Below, piece by piece: positions 1 to 13,308 of a stretch of DNA of 64,000 nt. Position 1 is the first letter of the stretch, and each line of letters opens with the position of its first letter. The notes beneath the pieces were generated by a model. That model made no database searches, was not told where the DNA came from, and saw nothing but the letters and a program-made list of their open reading frames with translations. This DNA is from Camelus dromedarius (Eukaryota), in NCBI RefSeq assembly GCF_036321535.1, contig NC_087436.1, positions 68,946,001 through 69,010,000 on the forward strand, written 5' to 3'. The position numbers and the translations under genes are program-made.

Positions 1-3000
1 GGTGGATAGAAAGTGTGCGAAGTGCCTGCATTAGAAAATAACTTGGAGTTGGAATTATTGGCCATTAAAATTATTATGGAGAAGCAATTATAAACCAATG
101 AACATTTCCTGGCTTAAAATATTGTTAATAAAAGAAACATTTCAGTTTCTTTAGCAGAAGAAATTCCTTTTATATTACTGCAGAGGTAACCCCTGTTTAT
201 ATTTTCCTGTCTTAGCCTATGCTGCTATTTCATTCTTATGACTTAACTCAGCTAGATATAGTAGACAAGCTACATTATCAGAGAGCTAAAAGATAACATG
301 TAGAAAAAAAAAAACTGTGTCTTACACCTTTCTTTCTAGACAGTCTCAGAAATGTTTTGATCAAGAGAGCAAATATAACCTCTGTGACTGCCAACCACCC
401 CCCAAAATGCCACCTGTGTAGATTAGCAATTAAGCCCAAGAGTTATATCCTGTTTTAGAGGCAGCTCTTGGGTGATAATCACTATAATCATGCCTAAATA
501 AACAGGTGAGAAAGCTTGCCCCTTCCCAATCACCAGTTGTAACAAGCTGTATAATTAGTGTATCAGAGATAGCTGATGATTGGATGTATGACAGTTGCTT
601 ATTAGAGAGAGCTTATAGCTAGTTCAGTCTTGAACTTTTAAGAAGTTTATTTAAGCAATTGAAACAGACCTGCTTTTCCATAGTTTCCTTTATAGAACTT
701 TTCTCAAAATGGATGCTTTTATGACAAAATTAATTGATTTTCTAACGAGTTATTCAAGTAGCACTGTGCAGAAGTAGGCCACCTTCATTATATATTACAT
801 TAAACGGCGTGTCTTTTATGTCAGGCACATTGGGACAATTGTTATATAAGTAAGACATATTCTAGCCCCTCAAGTCTCAACGTAGGTAAATCTTTTAGAT
901 TCTTGATTTAATGTGAGAATCCATGGAATAAAAGTTGTTCAAAATCCAATGAAATATGAAGTTACATGGAAAAGTCATAGTAATTTTGACCAGATTAAAG
1001 AACAATGAGTTACAAATAAGTCATGATAATGAAGATGTGTAAGATAGCCTATTAGTGCCTAAGTTATTATTTCAGAATTTTTCAAAGTTAATCCATTTGT
1101 TTCCTTTTAAAGAGTTAAATTGAAATATTTGTAAGCATACAAGGTTCAGGTGGATTGTGCAAGTCGCAAGAGGACACTCACGATGAGAGAGATATCCCCA
1201 GGCTAGAGTAAAACTTCATTAATCACTAACATCACTGCCAGGTGTTCTCTGGATGGTAAAGATTTGTCAGATGACAAAAGGGTTACATTTAACATTTATA
1301 TTTAGGATTGCTTTTGTACCTGTCTTTTTTTTCTTGATATGACCTCAGCCACTAATTTGAGATACTTTATAGCATGTGGTTTGGCAAAGTACTCTGCCCT
1401 TTAAAAAATTTAATCCCATGGTTTAATTTATTCAGCTAAAAAATGGGGATATGAACCAGCTCTTTACTGAAATATAAGTGCTGGCATCACTTTTCCCATT
1501 TCTAGATTTAATAATACAATCAGTGTGTGTATGATTTTCTAAGGTTGTATCACCAGAAAACATCTATGCTATTACTGAGTAATTATTTGTTGGTTTAGTG
1601 TCGACTGACTGCTTCTCATCTTCTCTGAGCTACTTGTAATACACGACTTTCCAGGGAAAATACATACATTTATATTTCACATTTAGTTTGTAATAATAGA
1701 GACATTTAAGATATGTAAACTATAGTATTTTATTTGTGGATTTAGAGGAAAAGCTTGTTCTAAGCCTTTTAAACTCGAATATTGTCTACTTTCTCTGAAC
1801 TCCAAATAGGTTATAAGTTTTTCCAGTACTTTTCTCTCCCAAAGTCTTACTTCGTGACTATGAGTTCATAGTAAAGGCTCCCAAACTACATATTAATAAT
1901 TAGACTTGGTTTATTCATGTAAAATATGTCAAGTGTTTTCAGGTAAAGGTCTCTAGTACTGAACTTGGAATATATCCAAAGGCACATGAGGCATGATCTG
2001 GTTGGCAGGATTGTTACATGTCCTTTTGTTACAGTTATTTCAGTTCTTTTTAAGAACCTTTATTATGTGCCTAATATATTCCAAACACTGGGGATAAAAA
2101 AATTTAAAAACAAAATCACAACAATATAGACTTTATATTCAAAGGGTTTATGGTACAGTAGAAAGGAATAAAATAATAAAATCATTTAGTGTCATAGGAA
2201 AATCATAAAGTTACCAAGTATTGTGATAAGAAAACATACAGGATTGAACACTAAAAGTTGTTTGAGAAAGGAACAGAAATGGGTACAGGAAGGAGTTCTC
2301 AGATAATATGACAGCTGAGCCAGCCCTTGAAGAATAAAGGGAGTTCTCCAGCATGGGATACTGGTTAAATACATCCTGCCCCTTGTACTCCTTGCTTACA
2401 AGCAGAACAATTTCTCATTATCATGAAAGCACCTTTTAAAACAGAAATATGACCATAGAATTTATTCGGAAGTGAAAGAAAACTCCCTGATTAGTAGCAT
2501 TTTCCACTACCACTTCAAGGAAAAATTAATGAAATTGACAAAAGAAATAATTCACATTATTTCAGATAAAAGGTGAGAAGAAGTAAAAAGAGTTTAAGAA
2601 TATCTGGGAAGCCATTTTAATGGTTTAAACAGTTTAATTTACTTAGGCTTATAACAATGCAATACTTTGGGAGATTTCTTCCTATGGGAAGACTGTTGGC
2701 AATACTAGAAAACATGGGTCAGAAACATTGGCAAAATGATAGGTAGTAAAAAAAAAAAAAAAAAGAAGAAGAAGAAGAACTGATTGTATTGTTGCAGCAC
2801 TTAAATGATCCAGCTACCTAAGTAGTGACACTGGTATATTCATGACAAGGCAAAATCTGCTCTGGACTTCATAAGACTTTCAAAGATAAACAAATCAAAA
2901 GACTCTGGCAAGAAATTGTCCTTAGTTTTGTCCATAAGACACACATGGTCATATTCTGTAAATGCCATGATAATAAGTGACTGCAGAAGCACAAGGAACT

Positions 3001-5892
3001 GATGAAGTGGTGGAAAAATCGGGGAATTTCAAGCATGAGTTAGTCATCAAAATTTGCTTCCCTATCAGCCAGATATGACTGGTTTGGCAGGCACTGGAGA
3101 AGGCAAAGCTGCAGAGTGTGGGCAGAAATTGCACAGCATCCTGTTCCTTTACTAGAATGTGTAATAGCTCTATAGGTGGGGTGGGGGTGGGGGGAGGCAG
3201 GATGTTAGTCTTGTTAATTCTTATTTATCTAGTACAATATAATATGGAAGTATGTAAAACATTTCAGGATATCAGTGACAAAAATTTCATGTGTTTTCCA
3301 AAAATTCCTTAAACATCTTTTAAGACCTTTGAGTTCTAGATCTGGCATAAGATCTTTACCCCTTTATAGCTGACCTTCAAAATAATGATCGCTATCATGT
3401 AAGCACCCAGAAGCAACCTCCTCCCATGCTATGACATCAGCAAGGTCAGCTCTGCCTCTGAAAGCAGCTCCACAAACAACAATATTTAGTAATTTAATTT
3501 AATTCTTGCAAATATGAGTAACATTTCTATGGTTTCCCCATATCCTTAAAAAATATGGCAGACATTTCAAGATCATTTATTTTCTGGTTGACTACAAAAG
3601 TTGCATTAGAACGATCACATTTTCTGCCTCAAGAAGACTTTCTGATTACTATGATTATCAAACATACTGTTAATAAGACACCTGATTTTATTCGTTGATT
3701 CAATGTATGTTCATTGAGCACCTACTTATTTCAGACACTATTTTATATAGTAGGGATATAGCAGGACTGAGAATATGTTCTCTGCCTTCACATCTCCTGA
3801 GGGGAAGACAGCAAGAAATAAATCTATACATAAATGTAAAGTGTCAGGTAAGAGGATAGAGAATGAATGCAGGTGGGTTGAGATTAGAGATCAGGGGAGA
3901 CCTTTTTGCAAAGGTGACATCTAAGCAGAGATATGCACAAAGTGAAGGCTGGAATCATTCATAGATCCAAGCGACACACAAATTCTTTAGCGTGACCTTG
4001 ATGGAGCCCTTGGCATCCTGATCTCCCATACAGCACCTTCTCATCTCACATTTGATTCACCAGCCTTTACCTGCTATACACCCAGGAGGGCCTTATCACT
4101 TTTCAAGTGTCACCTCTATAAAGTCTGTTCAACATAGGAAAATCCTATAAGAAAGGAACCAGTAGACATGTAGCAGATATAAACATGAGCCATTTATTCC
4201 CTGCTGTGCCAGGACTTAGAAGAACTAGGAAAGTCTGGGATCTAAAGAAATAGTCTTAGAGGGATCTCCTTTCTCTGAGACTGTTGTAGACACAAGTGCA
4301 TTTATACATCTGAGAGTAGGAATTTGAAGACTCCTTTCTTGGTTTTATCCGGGAAGCCAAATAGAATCTCAAAATTCATAGTTAAACATGTTATAATTAA
4401 CCCACTTAAATCACCAGTGCTATAATCTCCTTTATCGTATCACTACTATAATGTTGGCCAGCCTATCCTTGAAATCCTTCCTTCCTAACTTCCCAAGGAA
4501 ACTCCTTTCACCTTTGAATAACCTGATGGTGGTTTTAAAGAATGCATTCCTAAACTTTATATCCATTACGCTAGTTATATTTCCTTAGGATCACACAAAA
4601 TGGATCTAATCCTTCTGTCACATGTAATTCATTCAACAAGTTCTGATTGAAAACCTAGAGCGTGCCCAGCACTGTTATAGGCACTGGTATTCACTGATCA
4701 ACAAACCTAGGTCCCTGCTGTCACATGAATTAAAATCAGGTAAACATATCCAATTCTTTTCACCAGTGAGCCAAATCCCCTCACTGCCTTGGGGAAACAA
4801 TTAGGGACATATTGAGAAAAAATGTCCCAAACATCTTTCAACAATTGAGAAATATTAATAGGAATCATTTAACAGATGAATATAAATGATGAAAGCGCAG
4901 CTCCCTGAGAATTTTCTAAGTATGCTTTTTACATTCAGAATTGAAGGCTTTGGCCTTGTTTTCAAATCAACCAACTCAAAATTAGAAAGAGACCCAAGAG
5001 TTTATGTTAAATAAAGTTGTATATTAATTTGACTCAGCAACACAAAGGAAAGGAGGATGAGTTGGCCAAGGGTTTAAGTACAAAATAAGTTATTTTGTGA
5101 AGACTGTATAAACATTTTTAATAAAGTGTGACCAATATTATTGAAATCTTTATAATCACTCTTCTATGACTTCTCTTTAGGCATATTTCTATGTTTGTCC
5201 TTAACGTTATAAAATGTTACCAGGAAACGCTGTACAATTAATTTGAACTTGATGACGTGAATCCATTTATATAGCTGATGCCATCAAGATGAGAATTTAA
5301 ATACATGACTATTCTTGATACCAAAGAAATGTGAATAACCAGCTTAAGTTATACTCCTCCATGTACAGCATCAATATTTATGTGCTAATCAGGTGTTCTC
5401 AGGACAGCAGCCCTAAGGGGAATTCTTTTTATACTTTACACATGTCTTAACACACTTGTACTCAACTTGCAGCATAGATACAAATAAGATATTCTGTCTG
5501 GGCACAGTCCTCTCTACTTCTTGCCAAAAAGCATTCATTTCTGGGAATGCTGATGCTTAGTAGTACTTCTTTAATGACACAGGTTACCTGAGGTTAACAG
5601 CCTTCCTTAAAACACACACAAACACAGTGACACACACATGTTAATGTAGAGAAGCAGCAACAGAAAACTAACACAATATTCATTCACTGTAAATGAAATT
5701 TTGAGTACACAAAGGAACCTTTTTGAACCTCAGCAATATCCACAGACTCAGAAACTTCCTCCCCAGTGTTTTGCCTTGAATATGAGACACAGTGGAATTA
5801 AATCACCAGCAATGAACTATCTTTTATTATGGTCTGCTCTATGGTCAGTCGAAAGACATAAAGTTTGTTTTGAGTTGAGATGAAGTATAATC

Positions 5893-6120
5893 CCATAGTG
5901 ATTAAAAGCACCCTAAGGAGTCCAGCTGATCCCTTTTAAATTCCCACTGTAATGCTTAACAGCTGTGTGACTTTAGGCATGATGTGTAACTTCTCTGTGC
6001 TTTAATTTTTTTAATCAGCAAAATGGATATAATTGTATCTAATTCATAGGTTTCTTATGAAAATAAAATGAGATAATGTATGTAAAATGCCATAAGTACT
6101 ATAAAGGTTTTTGCTGTTAT
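5893..6120 (+). mobile_element. MIR SINE
   Basis: atagtggattaaaagcac...agctgtgtgactttaggca...aacttctctgtgc...aaaatgagataatgtatgtaaa. Confidence 0.75.
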
Positions 6121-7349
6121 TAAAATGCCACTAACTGATCTTTATAAAAATCCATTGTTTTCCCAGGAATAACTGAATTCAATTGTCTTTCCTCTTTTTC
6201 TGTGTAGCCATTTTATTCTGGTTCTCACTTCAATAGAATATATTTTCCACTCTTATCTGACTTTCTTGCCTTGAAAATAAAATGGTTCTAGTAGAAGTCC
6301 AACGATGGGAATGAAGACTAACAACTCTTCAGTCATTTGTCAAAGACATGGTATTAAGCCCCCTCAGAATAATCAAGGCCACTGTGCATTTTGATCCCAT
6401 TTTTCTTTTATGCCTTATTAAGGTTGAAGCTCACCAGTTAGAGGTGGTTTCTATATAAATTCTGTATTGTATTAAGCATGACGCTGACATAATTGAACCC
6501 CAGCACCATAACCCCAGAACCCAGCTCTTCTCCTCATTTTACCTTGTTTGCCTAGTCTGCTTCTTACAGCTGAAGCTTACACATCTGCCATCACAATTTT
6601 CACTCATCTCAGTTCAGTATTTCTGAAATTATTCTTTCTCTTACATTGACTCTCTGAATAAACACTTTCTCTTTATAAAATTTTTATGACTATTATAACC
6701 ACTCAGACATTCTTGCTTGCTATATTACGAGGCCATGAAATAGATTGCCTAAAACTTGCCCATGGCAGTAGGTTCTACTATTTATTGTTAGCTTTAAGAC
6801 TTTTTGATAACTTTCAGTTCCATATCTAAAAAAATAGGGGCTTTACTGACATTAATGACTCTAATGTTCTGGACTGTATTATGAGAAAATATAAATTAAG
6901 TGCTGAGCATAGTGCCTGACAGATAATAAGCAGTCAATGAAAGGAAGGTATTATAATTATTATTTATCAACTTGAAACTGTAATTTATTCAATGGTACCA
7001 CAAATGCCATCATCGGGGAAGCATATTTGTGTGATTTCCACTTTGGAACCTCTCCTCGTCAATCATGGTGCTGAACAGTTGATACATTTTATCTCAAATT
7101 CATCCAACAATTTTGTCATATTATTAAAATTAACTAAGACTTAGATTAATTTGGGCAAGGTAAGATTGACAAGAATTGGGACAAGAATTTAAATTTAGGA
7201 CTGTGATTCTAAATCTTAAATCATTTCTGTGTCCTACATATCTTGTCCTTTGATAATTAACCCAAAAATAAACCCAAAGATTTGGGTTAAGTCCTACTTC
7301 AGTGTGTCCTAACTGAACTATCACAGTGGAGTCTTAGCTAGTCTCCTTG

Positions 7350-8012
7350 TTTTCACTTTTTCTCCCCAGCAATCTAACACCAGTGAACAGAAATATTTTG
7401 GAAAGCCCTTTTCTGATGGTGTTTCTTTTGCTTAAATGTCTTCAGCTGCCTGCTGTCCACTGAATCAAGGCTAGACATTCACTCATAGGTCTAAACCTAC
7501 CTTTTCAGCCAGTTGATGGCTATTTTCATTAAAGTTCCCAGTAGTTTGCCTACTGGACTAACTTTGATCCCTTGAACATGCTCCCACACTTTAATGACTC
7601 TGCTCAAGCTGTGGCCTCCATCAGTGATACTCTTTCCTACCTCTTCGCCACACCCAAATCCTATCCACCCTTCAAGATCCAACTCAACTATTTTGTTTCC
7701 ATGGAAGTTTTCTGAATCTCTAGCTAAAAGTGATCCCTATTTTCATACTTCCAAACGTCTTCAGGGTTAATAGTTCTCTATTACACGTTGTGCTCTCCCT
7801 ACTGCACGTTTGTTTCCATAGTGTCCTATACTTCTCCAACTTTAAGTTAATAATAAACAATCAAATATTATTTGTATCGATTTTAATGTCTTTTTCACCC
7901 TGCTAGGCTGAAAATCTTGTAAGGCATGAATAGTACCTATCTTGTTCATTGTTGTAGCTCCTGTGTCTAGCACAGTGCCGTATACAATAGTTGTTCAATA
8001 AACATTTTTGAG
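7350..8012 (+). mobile_element. L2 fragment(s)
   Basis: caaatcctatccacccttcaagatccaactcaa...; tctagcacagtgcc...caataaacatttttgagt. Confidence 0.65.
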
Positions 8013-9769
8013 TAGGTATGTATATACTACATTCTACTTTATTTAATTATCTGCATCCTCTCCTAGGTTATGATTTTCTAAGAGCAGATACTGTGACATT
8101 CTTCTTTATATCACTCACTGAGTTCATAAATATGTGCTAAGTGCATTAATAAATCTTCCCTTTACAAAGTTTGCTCTATAGAAAATAAAATTTCAGAATA
8201 TTTATATTTTTAATACTATGCACTAAGTTAAATATTATACAGCTATATTCTTATACTTTAAAGAAAATTAACCTAGATGACTGCTTCTAGATAATAAACT
8301 GGGGTTGCACCGGTCAATATTTTATGAAATACTGTTTGCTGCGAATTTACAAATGCCAATAGGAATAACAGATAATCCCAAGAATTAGACCATAATGGAA
8401 TAAAGGTTTGCAGTTGCATAAGCATGTTGATTTGTATAAAAACCAACTCAGAAAGTCTCAGTCAAATTCTTCTAATCTTGCTGAAGTTTTACTTTGAATA
8501 AACTTTTTTTTAAATTAAGAAGTTTGTTTTCTTAAACAGTTAAGAAATAATTTAGTCCCATCCTTACCACTACGTTAAATTTACATGCATGAGAGCTATC
8601 TTGGTGGCCTAGTTCTAGATATTATGTATATGTATAATTACATTTTCAAAAATTACATAATTCAAGCTATCTTATTTCTCAGTTATGTTGGCCTGGCAAT
8701 ATTCTACTCTGATAATTAAAAAACTTTGTCTACATTTTTGCATTGAAGAGTTCTTCTTTTGCTTATTTGCTTGAAATAGTCCTCCCCAGATATTTACAGG
8801 TCTCACTTTAAGGACTCTCTGATTATATTAAAATAGCCCATCTCACTTTCTATCCTTTTATTCTTTTTCATTAGTCTTTGTTGCATTTAATCATTACCAA
8901 AATTATGATATATATTTGCTTAATTTCCATATCCTCCATTAAAATATATTGATACCAGACAATGATAGACATCAATTAACTATTTGATGAATAAGTGAAC
9001 TTAACATTTAACTTAACAGTTGCTTCCTATAAAGAATCATTTATTGCTCTTCCAGTATTTTATAACATAAACCTGTTTATCAGGTTGAACAGCAAATTTG
9101 TGTCAAAGATACGTTAAGTTGTTTGCAATTATTTTTCAAATATTCATACAGCTAAACAAGAGACACGTAGCTGCATAGTATGAATTTCTTAAGGTAAGAC
9201 ATTCTGTCTCATTGACTTAAAACTCATTGTTTTTGTTGTTGAACACAGTGAATCAGCATCCAAGGGAAATAACTGCCCTACTAAATTTACACAGACATAT
9301 ATTTTACCTCTAAAAATTTAACTGGAAGCAGTTCATAGAGTACCTACATCACAACCTTTAGTTGGCACTGGAATGATCCCAATGAGTGGTAGTCACAACA
9401 CATGAAAGGCTCCTTCACAGGGAGACCTTTCCAACATAGCTTTGGTCACCATTCATTTGCATTTAAATTTTTAAAAATCTAGTGTAAAGGGTAAATAAGA
9501 CTGGTAATAAAACTATTGCATTGATGAGCATTTTAGTAAAATTTCTGATACAGTAAATTATTAGTTTGAAATAACATTGAAAATATTGAAAACTCATTCT
9601 TTCAAAACCTATTCTATAGACTTAGAATAATTATTAAAGGGGTAATGTCACTTCAGTCTGTTTCAGAAACACTTCCATTTCATTATTAAAAACAGAGTCA
9701 TGGCAATGTAATGATCAGATGTTGTAGCAACTTTTGATATTTAAAAGAAGTCTGTGTACCTAGAAATTA

Positions 9770-10098
9770 CATATTTAACAAAGCACACACACATTTGAGT
9801 ATTGACCTGAATGCTTTCTCCTAAGATTTGGATCAAAGCAAAGATGTCTGCTATCATCACTTCCATTCATACTGGAAGTCCTAAACAGTTCAGTAAAGCA
9901 AGAAAAAGAAATTAAGAACATATAGAATGAAAAGGAATAAACTGCCTTTATTAACATATTATATAGAAAATCTCTATCAATCTGAAAGGTACTATGATGT
10001 AAACTTACAGAGGCCACAGGATAGCACATTACATGTGAAAATCAACGTGCATTTCCATATATTAGCATTGAACAAATGAATATTGAAATTATAAACAG
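9770..10098 (+). mobile_element. Old L1M ORF2 fragment interrupted by Tigger1
   Basis: aatgctttctcctaagat...aagatgtctgctatcatcacttccattcatactggaagtccta...gcaagaaaaagaaattaa is L1 RT-region-like; L1-like sequence resumes at about 12486-12520. Confidence 0.7.
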
Positions 10099-10100
10099 TA

Positions 10101-12483
10101 CAGTTATACCTTGGAGATATTACAGGTTCAGTTCCAGATGACTGCAATAAAGCAAATATCGCAGTAAAGTCACACAACTTTTTTGGTTTCTCAGTGCATA
10201 TGAAAGCTATGTTGACACTATACTGTAGTCTATTAAGTATGCAATAGTATTGTGACGAAAAAAATAACATATCTTAATTGAAAAATATTTTATTGCTAAA
10301 AAATGCTAACCATCATATTAACCTTCAGTGAGTTGTAATCTTTTTGCTGACACATCATTTTGCCTTGGTATTGATGACTGCTGACTGATCAGGGTAGTGG
10401 TTGCTGAAGGCTGGGGTGGCTGAGGCCATGTCTTAAAATAAGACAACAATGAAGTTTGTCACACTGACTCTTTCTTTGACAAATGATTTCTCTGTATTAT
10501 GCAATGTGGTTTGATAGCATTTTACTCACAGTAGATCTTTCAAAGCTGGAGTCAGTCCTCTCAAACCCTGCCTTTGCTCTATCACCTGTTTGTGTAACAT
10601 TGTAAGTCCTTTGTTGTCATTTCAACAATCTTCATGGCATCTTCAACAGGTGTAGTTTCCATGTCAAGAAACCACTTTCTTTACCCCTCCATAAAAAGGA
10701 ACTCTTCGTCTGTTAAAGTTTTATCCTGAGATTGCCGCAATTCAATCACATCTTCAGGATCCACTTATGATTCTAGTTCTCTTTGCTGTTTCCACCGCAT
10801 CTGCAGTTCCTTCCTCCAGTGAGGTCTTGAACCCCTCAAAGTGATCCATGTGGTTTGGAATCAGTTCTTCAAAGCTCCCATTAATGTTGGTATTATGACC
10901 TCTTTTCATGAATCACAAATATTCTTAATAGTATCTAGAATGGTGAATCCTTTCCAGAAGGTTTTTAATTTACTTTGTTATCAGAGGAATCACTATCTAT
11001 GGCAGTGATAGCCTTACAAAATGGATTTCTTAAATAATAAGGCTTGAAAGTTGAAATTACTCCTTGATCCATGAGCTGAAGAATGGATACTGTGTTAATA
11101 AATGATAATAAAATAAAATGTGTTAATAATAATAAATTTTACTCATCAGTGCTCTTGAATGACTGATGCCTTGTCAATGAGCAGTAATATTTTGAAAGGG
11201 ATCTTTTTTCTGAGCAGTAGATCTCAACAGTGGGCTTAAAATATTCAGTAAACCATATTGTAAACAGATATGCTGTTACCCCGGCTTTGTTCTTTCATTT
11301 ATAGAGCACAGACAGAGAAGATATAGCATGATTCTTAAGGGCTCTAGAATTTTTGGAATGGTTAATGAGCATTGGCTTCAATTTAGAGTCACCAGCTGCA
11401 TTAGTCCCTAAAAAGAGACTCAGTCTGTCCTCCGAATCTTTGAAGTCAGGAATTGACTTCTCTCTAGCTATGAAAGTTCTAGATGCCATCTTGTTCCAGT
11501 ATAAGGCAATTGCATCTATATTGAAAATCTGTGGTTTAGTGTAGTCACCTTCATGAATTATTTTAGAGCCTCTAGGTAATCTGCTACAGCTTCTACATCA
11601 GCACTTGCTGCTTCACTCTGCACCTTTATGTTCTAGAGACAGATTCTTTTCTTAAACCTCATAAGTCAACATCTGCTAGCTTCAAACTTTTCTTCTGTAG
11701 CTTCCTCACCTCTCTCCAGCCTTCATAGAATTAAAGAGAGTTAGGGCCTTGTCCTGGATTAGACTTTGGCCTAAGGGAATGTTGTGGCTGGTTTGATCTT
11801 CTATCCAGACCAGTAAAGCTTTCTTTGTATCAGCGATAAGGCTGTTTTGCTTTCTTATCGTTTGTGTGTTCACTGGAATAGCACTTTAAGTTTCCTCCAA
11901 GAACTGTTCCTTTACATTCACAACTTGGCTAGCTGGTGTAAGAGGCCTAGGTTTCAGCATGTCTCAGCTTTCGACATGCCTTCCTCACTAAGCTTCATTA
12001 TTTCTAGCTTTTTATTTAAAATGAGAGACATGCAACTCTTCCCTTTACTTGAATACTTAGAAGCTATTGTAGGGTTACTAACTGGCCTAATTTCAATATT
12101 GTTGTGTTTCAGGGAATAGGGAAGCCTGAGGAAAAGGAGAGAGAAGGGGAAACAGCCAGTCAATGGAGCAGTCAGAACACACAAAGCATTTATCAGCCAA
12201 GCTCTCTGTCTTACATGGGCACAGTTCATGGTGCCTCAGAACAATTACAATAGTAACATCCAAGGTCACTGATCACAAACCACCGTGACACATATAATAA
12301 TAATGAAAAGTTTGAAATATTGTGGGTACTAGCAGTGTGACAGTGAGACATGAAGTGAGCAAATGCTGTTGGAACATGGCACCAATAGACTTGCTAGAAT
12401 CAAGATTGCCACAAAGCTTCAATTTGTAAAACGGTATCTGCCAAACACAATATAATGAAGTGAAATAAAATGAGATATGCCTG
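10101..12483 (-). mobile_element. Near full-length Tigger1 (TcMar/pogo DNA transposon), decayed
   Basis: Termini CAGTTATACCTTGG... and ...GAGATATGCCTG; TA target duplication at 10099-10100 and 12484-12485; minus-strand transposase relics [10 protein letters not shown]...[18 protein letters not shown] and LNKKLEIMKLSEEGMSKAET. Confidence 0.93.
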
Positions 12484-12567
12484 TACTATATATAATAGCA
12501 TTAACAGCCATGAAAATTATAGCCATTATCTTGTAATAACTTTTAATGAGATATAATTTGTAAAAAT

Positions 12568-12643
12568 ACTGAATCACTATGCTGTACATCAGAAACTAAT
12601 ATAATATTGTCAACCAAGTATATACTTCAATAAAAATTTTAAA
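12568..12643 (+). mobile_element. Short L1 3'-end fragment
   Basis: actgaatcactatgctgtacatcagaaactaatataatattgt...atacttcaataaaaa, a typical laurasiatherian L1 terminus. Confidence 0.7.
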
Positions 12644-12702
12644 TGAAAACAGTAGAGTAGGGAATCAGGGAAGGTCAAGTCAATAAGCAACCAGTGTTCT
12701 TT

Positions 12703-13191
12703 TTTTAAAAATTTTTTATTGAAGTGTAGTTGATTTACAATGTTAGTTTCAGATATACAGCAAAGTGATTCAGTTATACATACAGATACATATTTATATT
12801 TTCTTTTCAGATTCTCTTTCATTATATGTTATCACAAGAAACGGAATACAGTTCTCTGTGCTATACAGTAGGTCCTTGTTGTTTATCTATTTTATATATA
12901 GTAATGTGTATCTTAATCCCCAAGCTCTTAATTTCTCTCTCCTCACCCTTTCCCCTTTGGTAACCATAGTTTGTTTTCTATGTCCATGAGTCTGTTTTTG
13001 GTTTGTAAATAGAATGTGTTTCTTTTTTTTTTTTAGATTCCACGTATGTGATACCATATGATATCTATCTTTCTCTGTTTGACTTACTTCACTCTATGAT
13101 AATCTCCAGGTCCATCCATGTTGCTGCAAGTGGCATTATTTCATTCTTTTTTATGGCTGAGTAATTTCCCATTATATATAAGTATAATATC

Positions 13192-13236
<45 letters not shown>

Positions 13237-13308
13237 ACATCTTCTTTATCCAGTCATCTGTTGATGGACATTTAGGTTGTTTCCATGTCTTGTCTATTAT
13301 AAATAGTG
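12703..13308 (-). mobile_element. 5'-truncated L1 (3'UTR and ORF2 end) with TSD
   Basis: T-tract followed by an antisense L1 3' end; 17-bp TSD agcaaccagtgttcttt (12686-12702) / agcagccagtgttcttt (13309-13325). Confidence 0.88.
13193..13236. repeat. (TATC)11 microsatellite
   Basis: Perfect tetranucleotide run inside the L1. Confidence 0.95.

Noticed and set aside
11295..12229. Domesticated TIGD1-like gene
   Set aside because: The transposase is fragmented across frames inside an element that still has its termini and TSD.
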